This document shows, piece after piece, positions 41,246 through 50,907 of a DNA stretch of 64,000 nt; positions within the stretch are counted from its first letter, which is position 1; each line of letters opens with the position of its first letter. The DNA comes from a bacterium (GTDB lineage: Bacteria > Patescibacteriota > Dojkabacteria > SC72), in contig JAIORF010000102.1 in assembly GCA_021108295.1 (NCBI GenBank), forward strand, positions 295,963 to 359,962. The letters run 5' to 3'. The notes below the pieces were generated by a model. It was not told the origin of the DNA, did not search any database, and saw only the letters and a list, made by a program, of their open reading frames with translations. The position numbers and the translations under genes are program-made.

Positions 41246-42884
41246 CCCTATTAAGATCCATCCCTGTCATAATATCTGGAAGAGTAGCACCCATACTACT
41301 TAATGCTGTAGGAGCTATATCCGCAAGAATACCTGTAGGTTTAGCACTATCCCCAGTACCTATCTTCACAACATCCCTACCATCCTTGCCCTCTACCTGA
41401 TCCATACTTTCAATTATTGTAAATGGTACTGGATTATTCGTATGGGCCCTATGAATCTCTTTGGTAGTACGATCTATCATCGTCTCACAATTCCCGTGAT
41501 CAGCAGTAATCATCACAGAACCTCCCACACTTAATGTTGCCCTAGCTATATCTGCTGTACAACTATCTGTTATCTCATTGGCTTTAATCGTTGCTCTAAA
41601 ATCCCCCGTATGACCCAACATATCAGGATTTGCGAAATTCACCAACACAAAACCATAGTTATACTTCGCATTATTCTTAATCCTATTAACAGTCTCATCC
41701 CTAATTATCAAAGCACTCATTTCGGGAGTCTCGGCATAGGTATTTACACGAGGAGAAGGAATATTGAAAAAATCTTCACCCACATGTTCCTTCTCTACAC
41801 CACCATTAAAGAAATATGTCACATGCATATGCTTTTCTGTCTCAGACACATGTAATTGATTAATTCCATTATCTGCAAGATATTGAGCCAAAGAGAGTTT
41901 AACTTTGTTTGGTGGGAATATTACCTTAGCAGGAAGTCCCTCTTCATATCCTGTCATAGTTACAAAACAGATATTCTCAGGAAAAGACCTTCTAGGAAAA
42001 TGCGTCCAATCTTTCAAAACAAATGACTTAGTTATCTGCCTAGCCCTATCCTCTCTGAAATTCCAAAAAAGTATAGCATCCCCAGTCTCTACCTTACCTA
42101 CTGGTTTTCCCCTTCCATCTACAGCTACTGTAGGTAAAAGAAACTGATCAGTGACACCCTTCTTGTAAGAATCTTGCACAGCCTTTATCGGATCAACAAA
42201 AGTACTACCTGAAAGACCTACCATAGCGTCATATGCTAGCTTTGTCCTCTCCCAACGACTATCCCTATCCATCCCATAAAACCTCCCCTGCAAAGAAGCA
42301 ATATGACCAACACCAAGATCTTCCATCTTCTTTTTAAGCTTAGTCAAATACCAATACCCGTCAGTTGCAGGAGTATCCCGCCCATCAAGGATCACGTGAA
42401 CATATGGATCTACACCACGAGTCTTACAAAGTTCAAGAAGTGAGAACAAATGCTTAATATGGCCATGTACACCAGCAGCACTCAATATCCCCACTAGATG
42501 CAATCGAGAATTATTCTCCTTCATATGCTTAAACATATCTTTTACAGCGTCATTATTATCCAACTCATGATGAGCAAGAGCCTCATTAATTCTAGGCAAT
42601 GACTGATACACAACCTGACCCGCACCCATATTCAAGTGCCCAACCTCACTATTGCCTACAACCTCACTAGGTAGACCTACATGTGTACCGGATGCATGAA
42701 TTAGAGTAGATTTCCCATTGGTCCAAGCTGTATCCAAAAACGGAGTCTTAGCTGTAAGCACAGCATTTCCCATTTTATCTGGATGAACTCCAAAACCATC
42801 AAGGATGATTAATGTAACCAGCTTCTCAGCCCCCACATTACCTCCACTCTCTTTTATCTTTTGTTTATTAAAAAGTCCAAACAT
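41238..42884 (-). CDS. gpmI: 2,3-bisphosphoglycerate-independent phosphoglycerate mutase (copy 2)
   Basis: Start reassigned to MFGLF (upstream part overlaps prfB antisense); LIILDGFG, GNSEVGH, DGRDT, NPDMLGHTG, ADHGN. Confidence 0.94.
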   Translation of the reverse strand: MFGLFNKQKIKESGGNVGAEKLVTLIILDGFGVHPDKMGNAVLTAKTPFLDTAWTNGKSTLIHASGTHVGLPSEVVGNSEVGHLNMGAGQVVYQSLPRINEALAHHELDNNDAVKDMFKHMKENNSRLHLVGILSAAGVHGHIKHLFSLLELCKTRGVDPYVHVILDGRDTPATDGYWYLTKLKKKMEDLGVGHIASLQGRFYGMDRDSRWERTKLAYDAMVGLSGSTFVDPIKAVQDSYKKGVTDQFLLPTVAVDGRGKPVGKVETGDAILFWNFREDRARQITKSFVLKDWTHFPRRSFPENICFVTMTGYEEGLPAKVIFPPNKVKLSLAQYLADNGINQLHVSETEKHMHVTYFFNGGVEKEHVGEDFFNIPSPRVNTYAETPEMSALIIRDETVNRIKNNAKYNYGFVLVNFANPDMLGHTGDFRATIKANEITDSCTADIARATLSVGGSVMITADHGNCETMIDRTTKEIHRAHTNNPVPFTIIESMDQVEGKDGRDVVKIGTGDSAKPTGILADIAPTALSSMGATLPDIMTGMDLNRVI

Positions 42885-42924
42885 ACTATGATATACATAT
42901 TTACATAGTATATAATAGATTGCA

Positions 42925-44001
42925 ATGAATACCCTCACAAAAAAAGATTTAGAAAACACAAAAAGACTTCTTGAATCAATCATTAACTCACTGAAACTCA
43001 CTGAGAAAGAACAAAAACTTAAAGAATTAGAAAAGGACTCCTTGAAGACCGACTTCTGGTCAGACAATGTACAAGCACAAAACACCATGAAGCAAATAGA
43101 AAGCATACGCAAAGAAAAAGACACATCAACTACACTCACCAACGACATTGATTCACTAATTGAATTGTATGAGATAGAAGAGAATAAAGAACAACTAACA
43201 GAAGAATACAACAATATCCATAGTAGAATAAAAGACTTTGAGAAACTTAAATTCCTCTCAGGCAAATATGACAACAACAATATTCTACTAAGTATTCATG
43301 CAGGACAAGGAGGAACTGAATCCAATGACTGGGCTTCTATGCTTCTTCGAATGTACCAAATGTATTGTGATAAAAAAGGTTGGAAATATGAGATAGAAAA
43401 TGCAGTAAGTGGAACTGAAACTGGAATATCTAGTATTACAATGAGAATTACTGGAGAATATGTATATGGACTACTCAAGGAAGAACACGGTACACACAGA
43501 CTTGTAAGAATTTCTCCCTTTAATGCACAGGGCTTGAGACAAACCACATTCGCTGGAGTTGAGATAATACCAATACTTGAAAAGATAGACACCGACATAG
43601 AAATACCTGAAAACGATATAGAGTTTAAAGCTGTAAGAGCTAGTGGACCAGGAGGACAGAAAGTAAACAAAACCTCCTCTGCTGTACAAATTACACATAC
43701 ACCTACAGGAATTACAGTTCACTCCTCTACACAAAGAAACCAACTACAAAACAGAGAGAATGCAATGAACCTACTCAAATCAAAACTTGCAAAGATTCTA
43801 GAAGAAGAAAGAATAGAAGAAATAGATCAAATTAAAGGCAATTACAAACAAGCAAGTTGGGGTAATCAGATACGAAACTATGTACTACACCCATATAAAT
43901 TGGTGAAAGATTTAAGAACAAACATTGAAAGTAGTAATCCCCAATTTATACTAGATGGCAATCTTGATGAATTTGTTGAAGCGCAACTAAGAATACAGTA
44001 G
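42925..44001 (+). CDS. prfB: Peptide chain release factor 2 (no programmed frameshift)
   Basis: SPF and GGQ motifs, WGNQIRNYVLHPY; continuous ORF. Confidence 0.96.
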   Translation: MNTLTKKDLENTKRLLESIINSLKLTEKEQKLKELEKDSLKTDFWSDNVQAQNTMKQIESIRKEKDTSTTLTNDIDSLIELYEIEENKEQLTEEYNNIHSRIKDFEKLKFLSGKYDNNNILLSIHAGQGGTESNDWASMLLRMYQMYCDKKGWKYEIENAVSGTETGISSITMRITGEYVYGLLKEEHGTHRLVRISPFNAQGLRQTTFAGVEIIPILEKIDTDIEIPENDIEFKAVRASGPGGQKVNKTSSAVQITHTPTGITVHSSTQRNQLQNRENAMNLLKSKLAKILEEERIEEIDQIKGNYKQASWGNQIRNYVLHPYKLVKDLRTNIESSNPQFILDGNLDEFVEAQLRIQ

Positions 44002-44036
44002 TATATATAAAGTAAATTAATACTGCTCAATTGCTC

Positions 44037-44966
44037 ATGATCAAATTTGATTCCGTTACCAAAAGATACAACCAGCACATTATCGCTCTGGAAAACGTAT
44101 GCTTTGAGCTTGATCAAGGAGACTTCTGCTACATTACAGGCCCTTCAGGTGCTGGGAAGTCTACAATACTTAAACTTCTCATCAAAGAGGAAACTCCTAC
44201 CTCAGGCAATATCTTCTACGAAGATATTGAAGTTCCTAAAATTCCCCATACAATGCTTCCTTCTTACAGACAAAAGTTAGGTGTAGTATTTCAAGATATG
44301 AAATTACTCGACACACGCACACTTGAAGAGAATATTGCATTTGCCTTAGAAATACTAAATACACAACCACTAAAGATTAAGGACACTACGGACTACCTTC
44401 TAGAATTAGTAAATCTTGAGGATAGACGCAACCTACTACCTACCCAGCTATCAGGAGGAGAACAACAAAGAGGAGCAATAGCTAGAGCACTCGCAAGTAA
44501 CCCTTCCCTATTTATTGCAGATGAACCTACGGGGAATTTAGATAAAGACAATTCCCTTATGATTCTAGATATACTGAAGAAAATAAACCAATCAGGAACT
44601 ACAGTCATAGTAATTACTCACGACATGGGATTAGTTGACACATCTAATGGCTCCTCACGAAAAATTCATTTAGAAAAGGGAAAGGTTGCTTCAGACAGTC
44701 AACCACAAAAGAAGAAATCTCCAAAACCAACTGTCAAGAAAGTAAAGAAGAATACAAAGACCAAGATGGACTCACAACTTTCTTCACTCAGTAAAGGACT
44801 AGTTGCGAAATTAGAAAAAAGTGCTATTTATTCAAATGAGATACTACTCAGTCTAACTCAGAAAGACCTTAAAACTCTCAAGCTTTCAAGAAAAGAAGGT
44901 AAGGAGTTAGAAAAATATATTAAAAATTACTTAAGTAAGAAACAAAATGAAACAAAAGGTAACTAA
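44037..44966 (+). CDS. ftsE: Cell division ATP-binding protein FtsE with C-terminal extension
   Basis: GPSGAGKST, GVVFQD, LSGGEQQR, ADEPTGNLD; precedes ftsX. Confidence 0.92.
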   Translation: MIKFDSVTKRYNQHIIALENVCFELDQGDFCYITGPSGAGKSTILKLLIKEETPTSGNIFYEDIEVPKIPHTMLPSYRQKLGVVFQDMKLLDTRTLEENIAFALEILNTQPLKIKDTTDYLLELVNLEDRRNLLPTQLSGGEQQRGAIARALASNPSLFIADEPTGNLDKDNSLMILDILKKINQSGTTVIVITHDMGLVDTSNGSSRKIHLEKGKVASDSQPQKKKSPKPTVKKVKKNTKTKMDSQLSSLSKGLVAKLEKSAIYSNEILLSLTQKDLKTLKLSRKEGKELEKYIKNYLSKKQNETKGN

Positions 44967-45855
44967 ACCAAGAAGAAACAAATGGTTCACACTATCTACA
45001 ATATTTGTAACTGCCATTGTATTTACAATCTCATCTTTCTTTATCAGTCTTGCCATAATTGGGAAGAGGGCTGTTAACTACTACGAACAAAAAGCTCAAG
45101 TCATTATCTTTTTTGATAAAGAAACTCCTCAGGAGGAAATCTTTGCTGTAAGAGACAAGATAGATGATCCAGAGCTAATAGAATCTATAGACTATCTCTC
45201 ACAAGAGGATGCTCTAGTAATTTATCAAGAAGACTTTGCAGACAGTCCTGACCTAATCTCTACAATTACAGCTGATGCACTACCTCCTAGTTTAGAGGTC
45301 AGAGCAGTCTCTATTGACTCTCTTCTTGAAGTAATTGAGATGATAAATCTGGAAAAAGATACCAATGTATATATTGATGATGTCATGTATTTCAAAGATG
45401 TCGTTGATAATATGAAAACACTCTCTGGCATTATCAATGTCGGTGCAATCGTCGTAATCAGTGCCTTGACACTAATTACATTCTTTCTAATCAGAGTAAC
45501 TACTGGCTTAAATATTAAACTTCACCAAGAGGAAATTAAGATAATGCATCTAGTAGGTGGTACTGACTCCTTTATCAAAACCCCATTCCTAGTGGAAGGA
45601 GCACTCTACGGTCTCCTTGGTGGTCTCCTAGCTTCATCTTTAATACTAATCCCATGGTATCTAATCGTCTTCTACTCACAAGGCGCAGACTTTTGGTACT
45701 GGATATCACAACTTCTAGTGGATTTCGACTTACAATTCTTAAATGAATTCAACCCACTCTTTATTCTGGTATACTATATTATACACATTAGCACTGGTGT
45801 ACTTCTCGGTGTAATTAGTAGCTACAGTGCAGTACATAAATATCTTAATAATTAA
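44947..45855 (+). CDS. ftsX: Cell division permease FtsX
   Basis: LPPSLEV, EEIKIMHLVGGT, PFLVEG; 4 TMs. Confidence 0.92.
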   Translation: MKQKVTKPRRNKWFTLSTIFVTAIVFTISSFFISLAIIGKRAVNYYEQKAQVIIFFDKETPQEEIFAVRDKIDDPELIESIDYLSQEDALVIYQEDFADSPDLISTITADALPPSLEVRAVSIDSLLEVIEMINLEKDTNVYIDDVMYFKDVVDNMKTLSGIINVGAIVVISALTLITFFLIRVTTGLNIKLHQEEIKIMHLVGGTDSFIKTPFLVEGALYGLLGGLLASSLILIPWYLIVFYSQGADFWYWISQLLVDFDLQFLNEFNPLFILVYYIIHISTGVLLGVISSYSAVHKYLNN

Positions 45856-45858
45856 CAA

Positions 45859-47151
45859 ATGAGACTTAGAATAAAGAAAAATAAAACATACCTTCTCTTT
45901 TTACTAATTCCGGCCCTCATCCTCATACTCCTCTTCTCACAAAGGAATGACATTCTCGCAGAGGAGACTCTTTGTCCATCATATATTGATCCTGATTCCA
46001 TAGAATGTTTAGATTACCTAAGAGATCAGTTGAGTGACATTAATAGTTCCAATAGCAATATTCAAGGCCAACTTGAAGACGAAGCATACAAACAACTCTC
46101 TCTTCAAGGAAAGATTGAATATATTGACGAACAAATTGCACAGACAGAGTTGGCAATTCAAAGTGCAGAGCTTGAAATAGCGGCATTCAATATTGAGATT
46201 AAGATAATGGAAGATAGCATAGGAGAGATAGAAGATGATATCGCATTGAGTATGCAAGAAATTAATCAAATGGAAAAGTCTGTTAATCTTCGTCTTACAG
46301 AGTCTTACAAATACACCTTCATAGGCCCTCTTGAGATCTTCCTTAATAGTTCAAACTTAGATCATATTCTAAGAAAGACAAAGTACCTACTTATTACAAA
46401 AGACCAAGATGTTGAACAATTAACAATATTAAGTGATAAAGAAGCAATTCTTCTTTCTGAAGAGGAAGAGCTTTCTCTACAGAGCGCTGCATTACAACAA
46501 GTACGAAATGATTTAGAGTCTGAACAAAAAGAAATCTTGGTACAAAGAATGGAACTCAATGAACAAAAGGACGAAAAAGCATATCTCCTATCAGAATCCA
46601 TTAAGAAAGAGGAGGCACTACTAGCATCGTGGGATGCCAACAGAATAAAACAGGGACTACTTGACGAAGCAGTTATGCAATATATCGCGGAACATGGTGA
46701 TGAGATGGCTGATTACGGATGGGTAAGTACTGGGGACTGGATTGGTAACTTGGGAGGTTTGGCAAATGGGTGTAGTACAGGACCACACATCCACTTCTCA
46801 ATTGATTACATGAATTCAGGATACTATCATGGCTATGGTCAGATAGACCCATGGGGTGGATATCTCACAAAGGGACCCGATTGGTGGACCATATGGGGTG
46901 GCTGGAAATATTACTATATCAGAAGTAATTCTCTTAGAGTACCTCTCTCTGGGATGGTTGTTCTTACACAAGACCATCACATTCTTCCTAGGAAGTCTAT
47001 CGATATTTATAGTTTGAACGGTTATGGTTCCCCTGTCTATGCTGCCATGTCTGGGAATCTATTCAAAGGTACAGATAGGTGTGGAGATACTTACGCCGTT
47101 ATCGAGAACTCTAGTACAGGCTTAAGGACTGCATATTTCCATCTTCAGTAG
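45859..47151 (+). CDS. Coiled-coil plus M23/LytM-like protein (EnvC/PcsB-position FtsEX partner)
   Basis: Signal/TM, long coiled coil, STGPHIHF and PVYAAMSG...TAYFHL. Confidence 0.8.
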   Translation: MRLRIKKNKTYLLFLLIPALILILLFSQRNDILAEETLCPSYIDPDSIECLDYLRDQLSDINSSNSNIQGQLEDEAYKQLSLQGKIEYIDEQIAQTELAIQSAELEIAAFNIEIKIMEDSIGEIEDDIALSMQEINQMEKSVNLRLTESYKYTFIGPLEIFLNSSNLDHILRKTKYLLITKDQDVEQLTILSDKEAILLSEEEELSLQSAALQQVRNDLESEQKEILVQRMELNEQKDEKAYLLSESIKKEEALLASWDANRIKQGLLDEAVMQYIAEHGDEMADYGWVSTGDWIGNLGGLANGCSTGPHIHFSIDYMNSGYYHGYGQIDPWGGYLTKGPDWWTIWGGWKYYYIRSNSLRVPLSGMVVLTQDHHILPRKSIDIYSLNGYGSPVYAAMSGNLFKGTDRCGDTYAVIENSSTGLRTAYFHLQ

Positions 47152-47218
47152 TATTACCTTTGATAAGTATTCTTCTTTCTGCTAGACTATCTCATTATAA
47201 CTTCTAATAATTATCTAT

Positions 47219-48055
47219 ATGTCAAAAGCTAAGAGTAAGAAAAAGGTTACAAAAGCAAAATCTTCCCCAAAGAAAAGTCTTAAATCCTTCAAGATAAAGT
47301 TTGAGAAACCAACTTGGGCTGGAATTAAAGAAAGTAAAATTACAAGGTATTCACTTCTAGTTCTCGCAATACTTGTATGTTTTGTAATTGTCGACTTCGG
47401 TGTTCAATATCTTAATAATGATTACAGTGCTGTAGTTGTTAATGGAGTAAGAATATCAAGAAAGGAATATTACTACAGGCTAGACCAAGCATATGGTAGT
47501 TCAATTTCTGCACAGCTTATTCAAGAAGAGTTAGTAAGGCAAGAAGCACTCACAGAGAATGTAGTTGTATCTGAAGAGGAAGTACAGGAAGAGATAGATA
47601 AGATTGCAGAGCAACTTGGTGGTAGTGACCAGCTTGATATTTCCCTAGAGGCTTACAATTTAACCATTGAAGATCTTAAAGAGCAAATTAAGATTGATTT
47701 ATTGGCAAACAAGATACTAGAACCCGGTATTGAGTACAGCGAGGAGGATGTTAAAGCTTTCTTCGAGCAGTACAGCAATGTAATTTTCGCAGAAGAAGCT
47801 TCCGCTTTAGAAGAGGGAGAACTTCTTGATTACGACACCTTCAGAGAGAAGACTTTAGAGATATATCTTCAGCAAGAGGTTGAGAGTGCAAAATCTACAT
47901 GGTTAATGGAATTAGAGGGTAGTGCAAAGATACAAAACAATGCAGTAGATCGTCCTGAGTACGAGATACTGGGTGCTACTAGAAATATTGTAACCAATAT
48001 TATAGATGAGGCTAATACCAACAACGAGATTAAGGAAGTCATAATAGAGGAATAG
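47219..48055 (+). CDS. SurA N-terminal domain / PrsA-like chaperone
   Basis: TM then VVNGVRIS...LIQEELVRQEA...VSEEEV; no parvulin motif seen. Confidence 0.78.
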   Translation: MSKAKSKKKVTKAKSSPKKSLKSFKIKFEKPTWAGIKESKITRYSLLVLAILVCFVIVDFGVQYLNNDYSAVVVNGVRISRKEYYYRLDQAYGSSISAQLIQEELVRQEALTENVVVSEEEVQEEIDKIAEQLGGSDQLDISLEAYNLTIEDLKEQIKIDLLANKILEPGIEYSEEDVKAFFEQYSNVIFAEEASALEEGELLDYDTFREKTLEIYLQQEVESAKSTWLMELEGSAKIQNNAVDRPEYEILGATRNIVTNIIDEANTNNEIKEVIIEE

Positions 48056-48073
48056 GTAGATGTTTTAGAATGT

Positions 48074-48105
48074 AAAGAGGGGGCATATGCCCCCTTTTGT
48101 TTTTT
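48074..48105 (+). terminator. Intrinsic terminator between convergent genes
   Basis: AGGGGGCATATGCCCCCT hairpin followed by TTTGTTTTT. Confidence 0.85.
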
Positions 48106-48688
48106 ACTTAGGTTCTACCAACCCATATCCACCCTGCTCTCTCTTGTAAACCATTGATAGTTTACCAGTAACCCTACTCGTAAAGAGTAGTTGGTTGTAT
48201 CCTGATAGCTCCATTCTCTCTATTGCTTCTCCTTCTTCTATTGGAGATGTGTCTGTAATCTGTTTTCTAGTTGCAATTTGAGGTATGTATGCGTAGTAAT
48301 CTTCTATTTCTTCTTCATCTTCTATCTCCTTAATTGATCGCTGAGCTTCTAATATTTTCCATGATTCTTTTCCTTCCCAGAAGGTTTTCTTGTCTTGGTA
48401 TCTTTTAAGTCGTCTTGCTAATACATCCGTAGCTTTATCAATATTTTTATACATATCTGCCCCTATGTGTTCTACTCTTACTTTAGCTTTAGGAAGAAAT
48501 ATATTTATATCAACACGAAAGTTATCCTTTACACCTCTCCTATTAATATTTTCTTTGAGAAACACCTCTATACTCGTAGCTCTTTTCCAGAGGTCTTTGT
48601 ACTTAGAAATCTTCTCTCTACAGTACTCCTTTAGGGGTTCGGTTGGTTCCATACCGATAAAGGTTATTTGTATATCTTTGGAGGTCAT
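48104..48688 (-). CDS. hpf: Ribosome hibernation promoting factor (long HPF)
   Basis: DMYKNIDKATDVLARRLKRY; C-terminal EAIERMELSG...VYKREQGGYGLVEP. Confidence 0.9.
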   Translation of the reverse strand: MTSKDIQITFIGMEPTEPLKEYCREKISKYKDLWKRATSIEVFLKENINRRGVKDNFRVDINIFLPKAKVRVEHIGADMYKNIDKATDVLARRLKRYQDKKTFWEGKESWKILEAQRSIKEIEDEEEIEDYYAYIPQIATRKQITDTSPIEEGEAIERMELSGYNQLLFTSRVTGKLSMVYKREQGGYGLVEPK

Positions 48689-48774
48689 TGTAAGCGTACG
48701 TTACAATTTATATATATTACATTATACATAATAGTTGATAAAATAGAATAGGGAATATATAATCACAGTAGTAA

Positions 48775-48846
48775 TCCGCGATAGCTCAATGGTAGAGCAA
48801 CTGACTGTTAATCAGTGGGTTGTAGGTTCGAGTCCTACTCGCGGAG
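48775..48846 (+). tRNA. tRNA-Asn(GUU), CCA not encoded
   Basis: TCCGCGA...ACTGA-CTGTTAA-TCAGT...TTCGAGT...TCGCGGA-G; U1-A72. Confidence 0.95.
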
Positions 48847-48883
48847 TATTATTTAGAGTATATATACCCCCTTTTAGAGTATC

Positions 48884-48944
48884 AAAGAAAACGGGCCCAA
48901 TATCTTGTGTTCTCCAATAAAACGGAGAAAAAGATATCAGGCCC
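48884..48944 (-). terminator. Long hairpin / probable terminator of the inserted unit
   Basis: GGGCC-ATATCTT-TTCTCC...GGAGAA-AAGATAT-GGCCC followed by GTTTTCTTT on the minus strand. Confidence 0.6.
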
Positions 48945-49054
48945 TAAAGCATTTTTTAAATATGTTTTTCTTTTTCAAGAAAACCTCCTTTGAGTGCCTC
49001 CTAATGGAAGCAAGGCACTCTTGGTTTAAGCTAGATCTTTTTAAAAGATCTACT

Positions 49055-50683
49055 TTACTCCTGTAGGCTATCTAGCCATTCGCAAAGTCCGAAGACTTCA
49101 CAGGAGCTGTCATACCAATTCCCCGCTGTTTCAACCCCTGAACATGGGTTGGAGAAGATCATTTTGGCTCCTAGGCGTTTACCTAGCTCCCAGGTTTGTG
49201 GTTCACAGCCATAAGCACACTTCTCAGCCAGTTCTTTCTCTGTGTAGAAGTGGTCTTTGGGAGCTTCCAGTTGGCAGATTGTGGTCCAGTTATCATGATC
49301 CGAACCTAGCCGGCGAAACAAATGCATCCACCGATCCGTTCTTACCGGAATACATGGTTCGCATTCCGCACGTTCGGGCCAAAGGACTATTTCTCCACTG
49401 AGAAACAATTCCGCTACCTCAAGGAAGTTTTCCTTTTCCCAAACGAAAGTATCGCATTCTCTTGACACTTCTTGGGTGTCAATGTATTTCACGTCACAGA
49501 CATAAGCCTTAAAACAATCTGAAAGATCTATTCGACCCTCAGATCCCTCTTGAGTCTTGGTTACTTCCCTACTACCAGGATCACTCCCCTCATCAGTGTC
49601 GCAGACGTGTGCCGTAAACTCGGAGTCTACAAACTCTTGAGTCCAGTCTCTGGCAGTTACCTGCGTTCCATAGAGAGTAAAGGTACCATCGCCATTGTCA
49701 ATCCAGTCATCTTCCCAAACCGGATCACCAATATCATACCAATCGCCGTACTCTTTCCCCTGATCAATTGTTGTCTCACAGGTGGCCGTTCCGGTTTTGG
49801 TAACTTCCCGGCTTCCAGGATCACTCCCCTCATCAGTGTCGCAGACGTGTGCCGTAAACTCGGAGTCTACAAACTCTTGAGTCCAGTCTCTGGCAGTTAC
49901 CTGCGTTCCATAGAGAGTAAAAGTTCCATCGCCATTGTCAACCCAGTTTTCTTCCCAGACCGGATCACCAATATCATACCAATCGCCGTACTCTTTCCCC
50001 TGATCAATTGTCGTCTCACAGGTGGGCGTCCTAGTTTCGGTTACTTCCCGGCTACCAGGATCGCTCCCCTCATCAGTGTCGCAAATATGAGTCTCGTCAT
50101 ATTTATCTACGACTTCCTGCGTCCAGTCCACAGCAGTGGCTTGGGTGCCGGTTTGGGTAAAAGTCCCATCACCGTTGTCGATCCAGTCATTATTCCATAC
50201 AGGATCTCCAACGTCGTACCACTCTCCGTACACCTTATCTAAGGTGACGGTTTCCGAACAAAGTACATAACACTTCTCCACCGTGAACGTATACTGTGTT
50301 GAAGTTGCCCTCAACACCCATCCCCAATTTAGAAACCCTATCCTCTTCCACTCATACACCACCGAATGGGTAGTGTGGACACCAGGAACAATATCTTCCA
50401 CTAATGTCTCCATGTGGATAGTGCCCCAGCCGGTATCGTCATCTACGACTTCACCGTCTACAAGGGTTTCTGACTTATAGAACCTGTTGTGTGAACCCAC
50501 CCATGTTGATTTTATGGTGGCTTCCTCACACACGTCAGTATTAGTTGACATCCCTTGAAAATGACATGCCAAAGGCCTGTCTACGGGCATTGCTGCTACC
50601 GACTTAACGGAGAAACTTGAAAACCCAAGCACTCCCACTACCAGTAGTAATACTGCTGTTAATAGAACATTTTTCTTCTTCAT
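49055..50683 (-). CDS. Secreted Cys/Trp/Asp-rich protein with three 80-aa tandem repeats
   Basis: Signal peptide MKKKNVLL...; repeats containing WxDNGDGTFT; visibly higher GC than flanks. Confidence 0.85.
   Translation of the reverse strand: MKKKNVLLTAVLLLVVGVLGFSSFSVKSVAAMPVDRPLACHFQGMSTNTDVCEEATIKSTWVGSHNRFYKSETLVDGEVVDDDTGWGTIHMETLVEDIVPGVHTTHSVVYEWKRIGFLNWGWVLRATSTQYTFTVEKCYVLCSETVTLDKVYGEWYDVGDPVWNNDWIDNGDGTFTQTGTQATAVDWTQEVVDKYDETHICDTDEGSDPGSREVTETRTPTCETTIDQGKEYGDWYDIGDPVWEENWVDNGDGTFTLYGTQVTARDWTQEFVDSEFTAHVCDTDEGSDPGSREVTKTGTATCETTIDQGKEYGDWYDIGDPVWEDDWIDNGDGTFTLYGTQVTARDWTQEFVDSEFTAHVCDTDEGSDPGSREVTKTQEGSEGRIDLSDCFKAYVCDVKYIDTQEVSRECDTFVWEKENFLEVAELFLSGEIVLWPERAECEPCIPVRTDRWMHLFRRLGSDHDNWTTICQLEAPKDHFYTEKELAEKCAYGCEPQTWELGKRLGAKMIFSNPCSGVETAGNWYDSSCEVFGLCEWLDSLQE
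49550..50269. repeat. 3 x 240-bp intragenic tandem repeat
   Basis: Lines at 49561, 49801 and 50041 align; first two copies nearly identical, third diverged. Confidence 0.92.
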
Positions 50684-50878
50684 CGTTCTTTCCTTTTTCT
50701 CTAGTCTAATAGGACACATCCAACTTTCTTGACAATATCACCTCCTTAAAGGTTCTTACATAACATATTTAATATTTACTTTTTAAAGATCTCTTTAGTT
50801 TGCTTTCATTAAGAAAAAGTTCTCAAACTACTCACAAACCCAAATTTGATTGACAATACAAAATTGTACAATCGCTAT

Positions 50879-50907
50879 AATATAGCCTATAATACGCAGA
50901 TTGTCAA
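50879..50907 (-). promoter_or_regulatory. Canonical sigma70 promoter TTGACA-N17-TATATT for the repeat-protein gene
   Basis: Consensus -35 with 17-nt spacer; followed by boxA-like GATCTTTAAAAA and AAGGAGGTGAT. Confidence 0.7.

Noticed and set aside
42925-43020. prfB +1 programmed frameshift
   Set aside because: No CTT-TGA site; the ORF is continuous, which is a known common variant.
42885-43280. 131-aa N-terminal extension of gpmI copy 2
   Set aside because: Antisense to prfB; homology begins after ATG 42884.
49550-50269. CRISPR array or DGR template/variable repeat
   Set aside because: Units are 240-bp in-frame coding repeats without spacers; differences are not adenine-specific and no cas or reverse transcriptase gene is present.
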